A DNA stretch of 64,000 bases from an uncultured Methylomirabilota bacterium (GTDB lineage Bacteria; Methylomirabilota; Methylomirabilia; Methylomirabilales; 2-02-FULL-66-22), in the NCBI GenBank assembly GCA_963705305.1, contig OY970067.1, positions 2,400,001-2,464,000 on the forward strand, written 5' to 3'. The position numbers and the translations under genes were made by a program. Of the stretch, positions 1 to 12,383 are shown one piece after another (position 1 is the first letter of the stretch; each line of letters starts with the position of its first letter). Below the pieces are notes generated by a model. It had not been told where the DNA came from and ran no database searches. It was given only the letters and a program-made list of their open reading frames with translations.

Positions 1-570
1 AGAAGAGCCAGATCCAAGCGCTCGACCGCACCCAACCCGGCCTCCCGCTGAAGAAGGGCCGGTGCGGCACCCTGACCCACGACTACAAGCGGAACGGCAC
101 GACCACGCTCTTCGCCGCCCTGGGGCTCGTGACGGGCCAGCTCATCGGCACGTGCCTGCCCAAGCATCGGCACCAGGAGTGGCTCCGGTTCCTCCGGCTG
201 ATCGACGCGCAGACCCCGCCCGACCTGGACCTCCACCTGATCGTGGACAACTACGCCACCCATAAACACCCTGCGGTCCAGCGCTGGCTCGCCCGCCACC
301 CACGCTTCCACATGCACTTCATTCCGACCAGCAGCTCGTGGTTGAATCTCATCGAGCGGTGGTTCCGGGAGCTCACGACCAAGCGGCTCCGCCGGGGCGT
401 CTTCAAGAGCGTCGCCGACCTCATCGCCGCCATTGAGGCCTTCATCGCACACCACAACCGCCACCCCCGGTCGTTCACCTGGACGGCCAAGGTGGAGGAC
501 ATCCTGGCGAAAGTCGAGCGGGCTCGAGCAGTGCTGCATAAGATGGCATCTGTGTGACACGGTAGACTAG
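1..570 (+). mobile_element. IS630-family element, 3' part (transposase C-terminus ending at 557, plus right end)
   Basis: DDE motifs ([21 protein letters not shown]); right end GTGTGACACGGTAGACTAG; appears identical to 36950-37519. Confidence 0.95.
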
Positions 571-692
571 GACCGGGGCAAGCGCGCCTCGGACCGGGGG
601 CGGGGGGAGCGGCCGCCGACCGGAGCTGGCAGGGACGGTCTTCCGCTCGCCAGAGGACATCGCCGGGTGGCCGGCAAAGGGGGTTCGGGACC

Positions 693-1004
693 ATGGGGAC
701 GAGGCTGTACGTTGGGAATCTGCCGTTTAGCACCGACGAGGCGCAGCTCCGCGAACTGTTCCAGGAAGGCGGGCGCCAAGTCACCGAAGTCAAGATCATC
801 ACCGATCGGGACACCGGTCGGCCTCGGGGCTTCGCCTTCGTGGAGATGGCCAACCAGGCGGACGCCGACGGGGCGGTGAACGCGCTGAACGGCCGGGAGT
901 TCGGCGGTCGGGCGCTGACGGTGAACGAGGCGCGCGAGCAGGCTCCGCGCCGGGGCGGCGGCGGCGGCGGATTCGGCGGCGGCCGCGGTCGTCGGGAGTT
1001 CTGA
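693..1004 (+). CDS. RRM-domain RNA-binding protein
   Basis: RNP2 LYVGNL, RNP1 RGFAFVEM, Gly/Arg-rich tail. Confidence 0.95.
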   Translation: MGTRLYVGNLPFSTDEAQLRELFQEGGRQVTEVKIITDRDTGRPRGFAFVEMANQADADGAVNALNGREFGGRALTVNEAREQAPRRGGGGGGFGGGRGRREF

Positions 1005-1093
1005 GCAGCCGGGAGAATTCGCACCATCGCTGTCAGGCCGTCCGGCTCTCACCCCCTGCCTCTGCGATCGCGTCGTCTTGAGGGGGAGGGGCC

Positions 1094-1609
1094 ATGGCGT
1101 GCGTGTTTTGCGAGATCCGGGACGGCAGGCTGCCGTGCGTTCCGGTGGCCGGGAACGACTGTGCGTTCGGGATCATGGACATCAACCCGCTGGCCGAGGG
1201 GCACGTCCTGATCCTGGGCAGAGTTCATGCCCGGACCCTCTTCGACATCCCGGAGGGGGATCTGGCGGACACGGCGTGACTGGCCCAGCGGGCGGCCCTC
1301 GCCATCCGGAGCGCGCTCCAGCCGGACGGTCTGACCGTGGTGCAGGCCAATGACGCGGTGGCCCTCCAGACCATCCCACACTCTCACATCCATCGGATTC
1401 CCCGTTGGGTTGGAGACGGCAGGGGTGGGGGCTGGGACCGGGTTCCGGGCCACGCGGTGGCCCTCCAGACCATCCCACACTCTCACATCCATCGGATTCC
1501 CCGTTGGGTTGGAGACGGCAGGGGCTTCGACTGGGACCGGGTTCCGGGCGATGCCGACCGGCTTCACCTCGTGGCGGAACGGATCCGGGCAGCCCTCGGC
1601 CGGACTTGA
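1094..1609 (+). pseudogene. HIT-family hydrolase, disrupted
   Basis: N-terminal CVFC and HxHxH-like HSHIHRIPR; in-frame TGA at 1277-1279 and an internal 99-bp duplication. Confidence 0.85.
1353..1550 (+). repeat. 99-bp tandem duplication (2 copies) inside the HIT gene
   Basis: 1353-1451 and 1452-1550 are near-identical and both encode [30 protein letters not shown]. Confidence 0.95.
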
Positions 1610-1659
1610 CACGAGTCCGGGATCGGGCTAGGGTAGCCCGGCGGCCGCGGGGGAAACCT

Positions 1660-2523
1660 ATGGCGTGGTTCAAGAAAGAGCCCCTCGTCAGCTCCAAGGA
1701 AGGCCGGGCCCGGATGCCCGAAGGGCTCTGGATCAAGTGCGACGAGTGTAAGGAGATCATCTACAAACAGGAGCTGGAGCGGAACGCCAACGTCTGTCCG
1801 CGCTGCCAGCATCACTTCCGCCTCGGCGCCTGGGCCCGGGTCGAATTGCTGGCGGATCCCGGGAGCTTCCAGGAGCAGGACGCCGCTCTCCATTCGGTCG
1901 ACCCCCTCGGCTTCAAGGATCAAAAGAGCTATCCTGATCGCATCAAGGCCGCCCAGAAGGCCACCGGGATGCTGGAGGCCATCGTGGCGGGGCTGGCCAC
2001 GCTGGGCGGGCATCCGGTGAGCCTCTGCGCCCTGGAGTTCGGCTTCCTGGGGGGCAGTATGGGATCGGTCGTCGGGGAGAAGATCACGCGGGCGATCGAG
2101 CGGGCCCTGGAGCGGCGGATCCCATTTATCGCCGTCTCCTGCTCCGGCGGGGCGCGCATGCAGGAGAGCGCCCTCTCCCTCATGCAGATGGCCAAGACCA
2201 GCGCGGCCCTGGGCCGCCTGGCGCAGGCCGGACTGCCGTACATCTCGGTCCTGACGGATCCCACCACGGGCGGCGTGACGGCGAGCTACGCCATGCTGGG
2301 CGACGTGCTGATCGCCGAGCCCAGGGCCCTCATCGGGTTCGCCGGACCGCGGGTCATCCAGGACACCATCCGGCAAGAGCTTCCGCCGGGTTTTCAGCGC
2401 GCGGAGTTCCTGCTGGAGCATGGCTTCGTGGACATGATCGTGGAGCGCAGGAATATGCGAACGGTGCTGATCCAGCTCCTCGATTTCTTTGCCGGAACGC
2501 CGGCCCAGCCGGCGGACCGGTAG
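1660..2523 (+). CDS. accD: Acetyl-CoA carboxylase carboxyltransferase beta subunit
   Basis: LWIKCDEC...CPRC zinc finger, [28 protein letters not shown]. Confidence 0.97.
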   Translation: MAWFKKEPLVSSKEGRARMPEGLWIKCDECKEIIYKQELERNANVCPRCQHHFRLGAWARVELLADPGSFQEQDAALHSVDPLGFKDQKSYPDRIKAAQKATGMLEAIVAGLATLGGHPVSLCALEFGFLGGSMGSVVGEKITRAIERALERRIPFIAVSCSGGARMQESALSLMQMAKTSAALGRLAQAGLPYISVLTDPTTGGVTASYAMLGDVLIAEPRALIGFAGPRVIQDTIRQELPPGFQRAEFLLEHGFVDMIVERRNMRTVLIQLLDFFAGTPAQPADR

Positions 2524-2601
2524 GGCCCTCCGCCTCGACCGCCCGCAGATGATGCCGCCCTCCGGCTTCCGGGGACCCCGCCAGCATCCAGGACCACGCG
2601 C

Positions 2602-3924
2602 GTGACCTACGCCGAGGCAACCCGTTACCTGTTCGGCCTGCGACGCTTTGGATGGCGCCCGGGGCTCGGGACCATCCGGCGCCTGATGGAGCTCTTGGGC
2701 GATCCCCAGGCCGGCCTCCCCTGCGTCCACGTCGGCGGGACCAACGGCAAGGGCTCCACGTCGGCCATGCTGAGCGCGATTCTCCAGGCCGGCGGGTACC
2801 GGACCGGCCTGTACACCTCGCCCCACCTGCTGAGCTTCACGGAACGGATCCGGGTGAACGGGGAGCCCATCGGGGAGGCGGAGGTGGCCCGGCTGACGAC
2901 CGAGATCACCGCGCTGTGCAGCGCGCATTTCGCGGCGGAGACCGTTCCCCCCCTCCCGCCGAGCAGCTGCCCCATCCGACGTTCTTCGAGTTGACCACGG
3001 CCATGGCGTTCCAGCACTTCGCCCGGCGCGGCGTGGAGGCGGCGGTGATCGAGGTGGGCCTGGGGGGCCGGCTGGACGCCACCAATGTCATCAGGCCGCG
3101 CGCCGTGGTCATCACCAACGTGTCCCTGGAGCACGAAGAGTACCTGGGCCGGACGCTGCCCGAGATTGCGGCCGAGAAGGCGGGCATCATCAAGCCCGGC
3201 GTTCCCGTGTTCACCGGGGCGGGCGGGGACGCCCTGGGGGTGATCCGGCAGGCGGCCGCGCGCGTCGGGGCGCCGCTGACCGAGATCGCCCTGCGCTGCC
3301 GCTGGACCGTTCGGGAGTCCGGGCTCGCCGGCCAGACTTTCGACCTGTGGAGCCCCAACCGGCAGTATGCGGCCCTCCACATCCCCCTGGCCGGCCGCCA
3401 CCAGATCGAGAACGCGGCCGCCGCCGTCGTCGTCGCCGAAGCCCTGGAGGTCCAGGGCTTCCGGCTGGACGAAGCGGCGATTCGCCGCGGCCTCTCCGAG
3501 ACCCGCTGGCCCGGCCGGATTCAAGTCATTCCCGGTCGTCCGCGAATCCTCCTGGACGGCGCCCACAATCCGGCCGGGGTCCAGGCCCTGGCGGGTTTCC
3601 TGGCGGAGCAGCGGGCCGGCCTCCATCGCCTCATCCTGGTCTTCGGCGTCCTGCGGGACAAGGACTGGAGGGCCATGCTGGCGCTCCTGACGCCCTTGGC
3701 GGACCAGGTCATCCTGACCCAGCCGCCGGCAGAGCGGGGGGCCGATCCCCGCGCGCTGGTGACCGCCGATCCGTCACTGGCCAGGGCAACCGTGGCCGCG
3801 GATCCTGCCGAGGGGCTGGCCGCGGCCCGGGCCGCGGCGGGCCCCGAGGACACCATCCTGGTTACGGGGTCCCTCTACACGGTCGGGGCCGCGTTGCGGG
3901 CGCTCGAACGTCGCAGTCGCCTAA
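2602..3924 (+). CDS. folC: Folylpolyglutamate synthase/dihydrofolate synthase (frameshift near 2950; 3' end uncertain)
   Basis: HVGGTNGKGS, YTSPHL, then in the next frame EVGLGGRLDATN, RWPGR, LDGAHN, TGSLY. Confidence 0.92.
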
Positions 3925-4058
3925 TCCCCGCCGCCGGCCGGCCCCTCCCAGACCGGGAAACTCCTTTTGTCCCCCCGGGCGGTATGGTAACATCCAACGG
4001 CACGCCGGGCGGAACATGGCATGTCCGGCCCGGCTCGTGCCGGCAGCAGGAGGAGCGC

Positions 4059-5489
4059 ATGGCTCCGCGACAGACCGCACCGCACCCCACGAATTTCCGC
4101 GACCTCTGCGCCGTCGTGATGGCGGCCGGGCAGGGCACCCGGATGCGCTCCGACCTCGTCAAGGTGCTCCATCCTCTGGGAGGTCTGCCCATGGTCGGCC
4201 ATGTCCTGGACCTCCTGCGCCGGAAAGGGGTCAAGCGGACGCTGGTCGTGATCGGCCATCAGGCCGAGCGGGTCCGGCAGGCCCTGGCCCCGCTGGCCGA
4301 CGGGATCGAGTTCGTCCTCCAGGCGGACCAGCGGGGGACCGCGCACGCCGTCCTCCAGACGGAGGCGGCCCTGCGGGGGTTCGAGGGAGATGTCCTGGTC
4401 CTCAACGGGGACGTGCCGCTCTTGACCGATGCTCTGCTGGATCGGCTGGTGGCCACCCACCGCCAGAGCCGGGCTCGGGCCACGATCGTGACCACCCGGC
4501 TGAAGGATCCGCAGGGATACGGGCGGGTGCTGCGGGACCGACGGAGGGCCTTCCGCGCCATCGTGGAGGAGGCCGAGGCCACGGCGGCCCAGCGGCGCGT
4601 GGCGGAGATCAACGCAGGAATCTACTGCTTCCGGGGGCCGCAGCTGTTCGCCGCCCTGCAGCGCGTCAAGCCCTCCGCCGTGAAGGGCGAGCTGTACTTG
4701 CCCGAGGTGCTGCCGATCCTCCGTCGGGGCGACGGACGGATCGCCACGGTCCTGGCGGAGGATCCCCGGGAGGCGCTGGGCATCAACACGCGGGCCGAGC
4801 TGGCGGAGGCTATCGACGTGCTGCGCCGGCGCGTCGTCGAGCGCCTCATGTGCGAGGGGGTGACCTGCCTGGATCCGGCCACCACCTACGTATCGGTCTT
4901 GGCCGCCGTGGGGCAGGACACGACCCTGTACCCGCATGTGCAGATCGAGGGCCGCACGACGATCGGCCGGGGCTGCGTCGTCCACGCCGGCAGCCGCATC
5001 CGCGACTCCTGGCTGGGCGACCGCGTGGCGGTGCTGGATGGCTGCATCGTCCTGGACAGCGAGGTGGCCGACGACTGCGTCCTGGGGCCGTACGCCCATC
5101 TGCGCCCCCAGAGCCGGGTGCGCAAGAAGGCCAAGGTGGGCAACTTCGTCGAGGTCAAGAAGTCGGTGATCGGGGAAGGATCGAAGGTCCCGCACCTGAC
5201 CTACGTGGGGGATGCCACCGTCGGCGAGCGGGTTAACATCGGGGCCGGGACGATCACCTGCAACTACGACGGCTTTGCCAAGCACCAGACCGTCATCGAG
5301 GACGGCGCCTTCATCGGCAGCAATGCCAGTCTGGTGGCCCCGGTCAGGATCGGCCGGGGGGCCATCGTCGCCGCCGGCTCCACGATCACCCAGGAGGTGG
5401 GGCCGGACGACCTGGCCCTGGGGCGGGCCCAGCAGGTGAACAAGCCGGGCCGGGCGGCGGAGTGGCGAAAGCAGCGGGGCCGGGGCTGA
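4059..5489 (+). CDS. glmU: Bifunctional UDP-GlcNAc pyrophosphorylase/glucosamine-1-phosphate acetyltransferase
   Basis: MAAGQGTRMRS, GYGR, hexapeptide repeats, GNFVEVKKS, ITCNYDG; RBS AGGAGGAG. Confidence 0.97.
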   Translation: MAPRQTAPHPTNFRDLCAVVMAAGQGTRMRSDLVKVLHPLGGLPMVGHVLDLLRRKGVKRTLVVIGHQAERVRQALAPLADGIEFVLQADQRGTAHAVLQTEAALRGFEGDVLVLNGDVPLLTDALLDRLVATHRQSRARATIVTTRLKDPQGYGRVLRDRRRAFRAIVEEAEATAAQRRVAEINAGIYCFRGPQLFAALQRVKPSAVKGELYLPEVLPILRRGDGRIATVLAEDPREALGINTRAELAEAIDVLRRRVVERLMCEGVTCLDPATTYVSVLAAVGQDTTLYPHVQIEGRTTIGRGCVVHAGSRIRDSWLGDRVAVLDGCIVLDSEVADDCVLGPYAHLRPQSRVRKKAKVGNFVEVKKSVIGEGSKVPHLTYVGDATVGERVNIGAGTITCNYDGFAKHQTVIEDGAFIGSNASLVAPVRIGRGAIVAAGSTITQEVGPDDLALGRAQQVNKPGRAAEWRKQRGRG

Positions 5490-5518
5490 ACGGGACGTCG
5501 GGTGGATCCTTCGGAAAC

Positions 5519-6523
5519 ATGCCCAGGATCGTGACCCTGGGGGGACGATCGGGCCCCTCGCTGGTCGTGCAGGGGTTTCAAGACTCCGGGTGGTCGGTGA
5601 CCGCCCTGGTGGCCACGACCGATTCCGGCAGCAGCACCGGGGTCATCCGCGAGCAGTTCGGCATCCCGGCCCCGGGAGATATCCGGAGCGTCCTGGCCGG
5701 TGCGGCGGCCCCCTCCCCAGATCTCCGGCCGCTGGCGGACCTGTTTGAGTACCGCTTCCGTCCCGCCCGGGACAGCAGCCTCCGCAACATGGCACTGGGG
5801 AATCTCATCCTCGCGGCTCTGACCGAGGTGTGCGGGGGTTTCGAGGCGGCCGTCGAGGCGGCGGCCCGGATGCTGGGATGCTGGGTCCGGGTGCTGCCGG
5901 TTCCCTCGACGCCCACCATCCTGTCGGCCCGGCTGGCGGACGGCTCGACGGTGCGGGGAGAGGCCCACGTCCGGGCCACAGGCAAGCCGCCGATCGCCGA
6001 GGTGTTCTTGGAGCCGCGGGAGGTGCGGGTGGCGGAGGCTTGCCTCCGGGCCCTCGCGGAGGCGGACCTGGTGGTCTTCGGGCCGGGCGGGCTGTACTGC
6101 AGCGTGCTGCCCAGCCTCTTGCCGGCCCCCGTGCGGGAAGCCATCCGGGACACCCGGGCCAAGACGGCCTACATCTGCAACACCACGACGCAGCCCGGCC
6201 AGACGGACGGCTTCGACCCGGTCGCCCACGTGCGGGAGATCCTGCGGTACCTGGGCGCAGGCCATCTGGATTACGCACTGCTGAACATCCAGATTCCTCC
6301 AGAGGATATGGTGGCGACGTACCGGGCGGAGGAGGTGCACTTCATGGGCGTCTCGCCCGAGGACATCGAGCGGGTCCGGGCGCTGGGCCCCGTTCCGGTC
6401 GTGGGGAACTTTGTGGAGGAGGGCTGGCAGGGCAGGCGGACGCTCCACAAGCTGGACACGATCCGCCACGACCCGAAGAAGGTGGCCGCCGCCCTGCAGG
6501 GGCTGGTGACCGGCAAGAGCTAA
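5519..6523 (+). CDS. yvcK: YvcK/GlmR (CofD-like) UDP-GlcNAc-binding protein
   Basis: [43 protein letters not shown]. Confidence 0.85.
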   Translation: MPRIVTLGGRSGPSLVVQGFQDSGWSVTALVATTDSGSSTGVIREQFGIPAPGDIRSVLAGAAAPSPDLRPLADLFEYRFRPARDSSLRNMALGNLILAALTEVCGGFEAAVEAAARMLGCWVRVLPVPSTPTILSARLADGSTVRGEAHVRATGKPPIAEVFLEPREVRVAEACLRALAEADLVVFGPGGLYCSVLPSLLPAPVREAIRDTRAKTAYICNTTTQPGQTDGFDPVAHVREILRYLGAGHLDYALLNIQIPPEDMVATYRAEEVHFMGVSPEDIERVRALGPVPVVGNFVEEGWQGRRTLHKLDTIRHDPKKVAAALQGLVTGKS

Positions 6524-6588
6524 CGCTATTCAATTTCGAAATTCGAATTTCTCTTGGCGTCATGGCGGTTCAGGGGGAGGGGAATCCC

Positions 6589-7599
6589 ATGCGATATCGC
6601 AGATTTGGGGGGATCGACCTGGAGGCCTCGGAGGTGGGCTTCGGGGTCTGGACGGTCGGGACGCCCATGTGGGGAATCACGGACGAGGCGATGGGGATCC
6701 GGCTGTTGCAGCGGGCCCTCGACCTGGGGATCACCTTCTACGATACGGCCGACGTCTACGGCGACGGCCTGGGCGAGACCCTCTTGGCCAGGGCCTTTCA
6801 GGGGCGGCGCGACCTGGTCGTCTACTCGACCAAGTTCGGATATGATTTCACCACGCATCCCGGCGTGCAGCCGGGGCAGCGCGAGCGGCCGCAGGATTGG
6901 AGCCCGGCCTACCTGCGCCGGGCCTGCGAGGCCAGTCTCCGTCGCCTCCAGACGGATCGGGTCGACCTGTACCAGCTGCATAACCCGCGAATCGATACCC
7001 TGCGGCGGGATGACCTGTTCGAAGAGCTGGACCGGCTGAAGGGTGAGGGGAAGGTCGGCCACTACGGCGCGACGCTGGGTCCGGCCATCGACCTGCGCCA
7101 GGCCGAGGAAGGCCGCGTATGTGTGGCAGAGCGGCGGATGACCACGCAGATCATCTACAACATGCTGGAGCAGCAGATCGGGCGGCCGCTGGTCCCCCTG
7201 GCCAAGCAGCATGGCGTCGGCCTGATGGTGCGCGTGCCCCACTCCTCGGGCCTGCTGGAGGGGCGCTATTCGCGGGAGACGACCTTCGGCAAGGACGACC
7301 ACCGTTTCTTCCGGGTGAACACGGACGAGCGCAAGCGGGCCTGGCTGGATCAGGGCCTCCGGAAGGTGGCGAGGCTGGAATTCCTCACCCGCGGCACGGG
7401 GCGGACGATGGCCCAGGCGGCCATCCGCTGGATTCTGGCCGAGCCGTGCTTTGCCTGCGTTTTGCCCAACATCTACAGCGAGGAGCAGCTGGTCGAATTT
7501 GCCGGGGCCTCCGATGTTCCGGACCTTACCTCGGACGAGCTGGGGCAGGTGGCCGACCTGTACGAGCGGGACTTCGACCTGGCGGAGCAAAGGGCATAG
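6589..7599 (+). CDS. Aldo/keto reductase
   Basis: [32 protein letters not shown]. Confidence 0.93.
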   Translation: MRYRRFGGIDLEASEVGFGVWTVGTPMWGITDEAMGIRLLQRALDLGITFYDTADVYGDGLGETLLARAFQGRRDLVVYSTKFGYDFTTHPGVQPGQRERPQDWSPAYLRRACEASLRRLQTDRVDLYQLHNPRIDTLRRDDLFEELDRLKGEGKVGHYGATLGPAIDLRQAEEGRVCVAERRMTTQIIYNMLEQQIGRPLVPLAKQHGVGLMVRVPHSSGLLEGRYSRETTFGKDDHRFFRVNTDERKRAWLDQGLRKVARLEFLTRGTGRTMAQAAIRWILAEPCFACVLPNIYSEEQLVEFAGASDVPDLTSDELGQVADLYERDFDLAEQRA

Positions 7600-7653
7600 G
7601 GCAAAGAGCCAAGGGCAAGGAGCCAAGGGCAAAGAGCCAAGGGCAAAGAGCAG
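7584..7653 (+). repeat. Heptamer tandem repeat, about 10 units of RG(G/A)GC(A/C)A
   Basis: ggagcaa agggcat agggcaa agagcca agggcaa ggagcca agggcaa agagcca agggcaa agagcag. Confidence 0.9.
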
Positions 7654-7707
7654 AGGGGCCTCTGCGCCACGCCCTTCGCGCCATGCCTCACAGACAAGGG
7701 GTGCGTG

Positions 7708-9544
<1,837 letters not shown>

Positions 9545-9673
9545 CGGGACAGCGCCGCCGCCGGCATCCGTGAACAGTGGGTTAACGACCAGATCATGAG
9601 CAAAAGTCCGTGAGGAAAATGGGTGACACTCCGACACCGAGGTTCCCAGGAGGAACCGAAAGGAGTGTGACCC

Positions 9674-10000
9674 ATGGAGAGGATCGGCAAGGCAGGAGGG
9701 AAACGGAAGCAGAGCCGGGGGCCGCGGAAGGCAACGCGGCGGGCTGGTGGGGCGCACCCCCACGTCCACCCGTTCGAGGTCCGGCGCAAAGCGGTGCAGC
9801 TCTGCCTGGAGGAAGGCTTCCCCGTCGACCAGGGGGCCCGTGAACTCGGAGTCGGCTTTAGTACGCTAGGGGCGTGGGTGCGCAGGTATCGCGCCCAGGG
9901 GGAAGCGGGCCTGCAGGCGAAGCCGACCGGGCGGGGAACGGGCGCCGCGGGCGCGCGCGCTCGATCCGGGCCGCGGCCTTGTGCCGGCTGGCCGCAATGA
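9674..10000 (+). pseudogene. Transposase N-terminal HTH fragment (IS481/IS3-like), truncated
   Basis: RKAVQLCLEEG...ARELGVGFSTLGAWVRRYRAQGEAGL; RBS AAGGAG; no DDE domain follows. Confidence 0.75.
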
Positions 10001-10867
10001 ACCGGGCCGATCGGTGCTGCACGTCGGCGCGCGACCGGTGCGTGACCCGGGCTCAGACCTTCGCCTGCCAGCGGCCGTTGCAGTTCTCGATGGCGGCCTG
10101 GAACCCCGTCTCCCGCGGCGGGACGAAGACGGGGATCACCCCGAGGCTCAGGCAGAGGCGGGGGACTTGACCGAGCGTGTCCGGGTGCACCTGGGCCCCC
10201 TGGAAGCCGGGGTTGTTATCGAACTGCGCGTAGGTCGGCAGCCCAACGTCCCGCCAGTGCGCGACGAGGGCCTCCACCGTGCCGGCGGCGGTGATCGCCG
10301 CCCGGGGCCACGCCGCCCCCAGCCCCCCGTGCAGCGAGAGCCCCGTGAGGGCCTCGACGGCTACCCCGCCCTGGATCACGAGCCCCTCGATGGTGTCGAA
10401 GGCGTCCAGCTCGGCCTGCGCGGCTGCGAGGTCAGGCAGGGATCCCAGCCCGGTGGGGGCGCCGGATGCCGCCGGCGGTGCCGGCCATCGAGCGCCCCCC
10501 GGCGGGCCAGGATCCGGCCGAGGGTGCGCACCGAGGGCACCGCGGGGCCCCCACGCTCCCGCAAGGCCGCCTGGATGGCGGGCGCACCGAACTCGCCGAG
10601 GTCGCTGGCCTGCTGGAGCTCGACGCGCAGCCGGAGGACGACGTCCTCCAGCGCCCGGGGGACCCGATTCCCCGGCGTCCGCGGGCCGCGGGGGCGATCC
10701 GTCCAGGCCACGCGGGCCAACCGAGCGGTCCCGGCGCGCCGCGTCCAGAAGAGGACCGTGGATGGGGCGACTTGAAATTCCCGCGCGACTTCTCGAAGCG
10801 GGGTCCCGCGCCGCACCCCTGCCACCATTTGCCGACGACGCTTCTCAGTGTTGGTTTTTTTGATCAT
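9940..10867 (-). pseudogene. IS481-like integrase-core transposase, frameshifted and with a nonsense codon
   Basis: HTH (LREVAREFQVAPSTV), then PSVRTLGRIL and in another frame AQFDN, FVPPRETGFQAAIENCNG. Confidence 0.8.
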
Positions 10868-10914
10868 GGCAGTCTCCCTAGCCAGTGGCTGACCGCCATG
10901 CTACTCACATCGCT

Positions 10915-10955
10915 ACTGTTCGACAATTGCTGGCACTCAACTGTTCGATATTTGC
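10915..10955. repeat. Direct repeats in the transposon end (ACTGTTCGAYAWTTGC x2, 25-bp period)
   Basis: actgttcgacaattgc at 10915 and actgttcgatatttgc at 10940, upstream of the minus-strand transposase. Confidence 0.7.
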
Positions 10956-11218
10956 CGCCACTTGGCCCATTATATGTCAAATGTTTCCATCGACACCACC
11001 ACGGAGTCCTGGCGACCCACCGGAGAAATCCTTGCAGCTCATGCCAAAGTGGCCCGGCGCTCCAGACCTGGCAGGATCACGCCGTGGACGGCTTGCAGGC
11101 CATGACGTTCTGCTTAGCGGAGCGTGGCGAGGCGGACGGGGGAGGATGTGAGAGGTATTGCAGCGGACTGTGTCAGTCAAGACGAAAGAATGGGGAGCCG
11201 GGTTGGGGCAGCGGTCGA

Positions 11219-11533
11219 TTAGGCGGCGGCCACATCCACGGTCAGCTTCAAACCTGCTTCATCCACCAATTCCTGAAGGGCCAGCCGGACGAACTGGGGC
11301 TCCGAGCGGCCCAGGATCCTGGCGAAGCGGGCCGCGCGCTCGGGGCTGACCACCTTCCGCCCCTTCTCGATGTCGCATAGGTGGGAGGCGGAGATCCGGA
11401 GCTTCCTCGCAAACTCGGCCTGGGACATCTCCTCTCCGAGGCGAATGGACTCCAGCAGTCCCCCCAACGTCAGGGGGCGGCCCGCGGCATTCTCCAGAAA
11501 CTTCATCGTGTCGCTCTTCGGCCTAGTACGCAT
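11219..11533 (-). CDS. Xre/HigA-like HTH antitoxin
   Basis: MSQAEFARKLRISASHLCDIEKGRK; overlaps the toxin stop codon. Confidence 0.88.
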   Translation of the reverse strand: MRTRPKSDTMKFLENAAGRPLTLGGLLESIRLGEEMSQAEFARKLRISASHLCDIEKGRKVVSPERAARFARILGRSEPQFVRLALQELVDEAGLKLTVDVAAA

Positions 11534-11804
11534 GTTTCGAGATCTCCTCGATCAATAGGAAGCGGGCGGCGCGTTCGCCCTCCACGGTGTAGATGGCCCG
11601 ATACGAACGGCTCAGCCGGATGGATCGTTGGCCCTGGCGATCTCCGTGCAGCGGCTCGTCGTGGTACCCGGGAACCTTCCTTGCCTCTTCAAGCCCGCGG
11701 GTCTCAACGTCGTCCACCCAAGCTGCCAAGTTCTCCACGATGTGGCGAGGGGTCTTCTTGAGCTGCTTCCGGACCAGGCCGCTCAGTTCCACACGTCTTA
11801 TCAT
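11523..11804 (-). CDS. RelE/HigB-like mRNA interferase toxin
   Basis: GYHDEPLHGDRQGQRSIRLSRSYRAIY. Confidence 0.88.
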   Translation of the reverse strand: MIRRVELSGLVRKQLKKTPRHIVENLAAWVDDVETRGLEEARKVPGYHDEPLHGDRQGQRSIRLSRSYRAIYTVEGERAARFLLIEEISKHAY

Positions 11805-11812
11805 GGGGATTG

Positions 11813-11841
11813 AGAATACACCTATCAGGTGAAGTCGTCAA
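11813..11841 (-). promoter_or_regulatory. Sigma70 promoter with operator palindrome for TA operon 1
   Basis: TTGACG-17nt-TATTCT on the minus strand; CACCT-atc-AGGTG in the spacer; ATG 8 nt downstream. Confidence 0.75.
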
Positions 11842-12059
11842 CCATACTTATTGCCGAGCTTGGCGACCCGAGAAGACAATAGGGGACGTTGTGGCCTAAT
11901 TGTCCTGCTTCGTGGCGGAGCGCAAACGCGGTAACCGTGCCCGCCTGGCAGGGCGGGCCGAAGGGGAAATCACCGATGACGCCCGGCTGGCGATGCGGCT
12001 GGCGCAGGAGAGCCTCGGAGGGGCAGGTGACGCCTCCCCTGGATTGGTGGAGGCCGCGC

Positions 12060-12087
12060 TTGACTGTATACCGGGATTCGGTATACT
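12060..12087 (+). promoter_or_regulatory. Sigma70 promoter with operator palindrome for higBA
   Basis: TTGACT-16nt-TATACT; GTATACCG-ggatt-CGGTATAC overlaps the spacer and -10; ATG 7 nt downstream. Confidence 0.8.
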
Positions 12088-12094
12088 GCGGGCG

Positions 12095-12373
12095 ATGATC
12101 AAGTCCTTCGGCGACAAACGAACCGAGCGGCTCTTCCGGGATGCTGTCGTGCCGGAGTTCCAGGGGGTCGCGCGACGGGCGAAACGCAAGCTCGAGGCGC
12201 TGCACGCCGCGTCACGTTTGCAGGACCTTCGGGTGCCGCCTTCGAACCAGCTGGAGAAGCTGCGTGGGGATCTGCACGAATATCATTCGATCCGGATCAA
12301 TGATCAGTGGCGGGTCATCTTCAAATGGATTGACAACAACGGCCACGACGTTGCGATTTGCGACTATCACTGA
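12095..12373 (+). CDS. higB: HigB toxin (RelE superfamily)
   Basis: MIKSFGDK, PPSNQLEKLRGD, SIRINDQWRVIFKW, DYH C-terminus. Confidence 0.93.
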   Translation: MIKSFGDKRTERLFRDAVVPEFQGVARRAKRKLEALHAASRLQDLRVPPSNQLEKLRGDLHEYHSIRINDQWRVIFKWIDNNGHDVAICDYH

Positions 12374-12383
12374 GGAGCGGAGA

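Noticed and set aside
1277..1279. Selenocysteine codon in the HIT gene
   Set aside because: The position is not a catalytic Cys site, and a CGA-to-TGA mutation is more plausible.
2652..5489. Apparent 945-aa FolC-GlmU fusion
   Set aside because: glmU has its own strong RBS and ATG at 4059, the linker is not protein-like, and a TAA lies off-frame at 3922. It is probably an indel artefact or a lost stop.
7584..7653. Repeat as a CRISPR array
   Set aside because: It consists of 7-bp tandem units with no spacers, and there are no cas genes.
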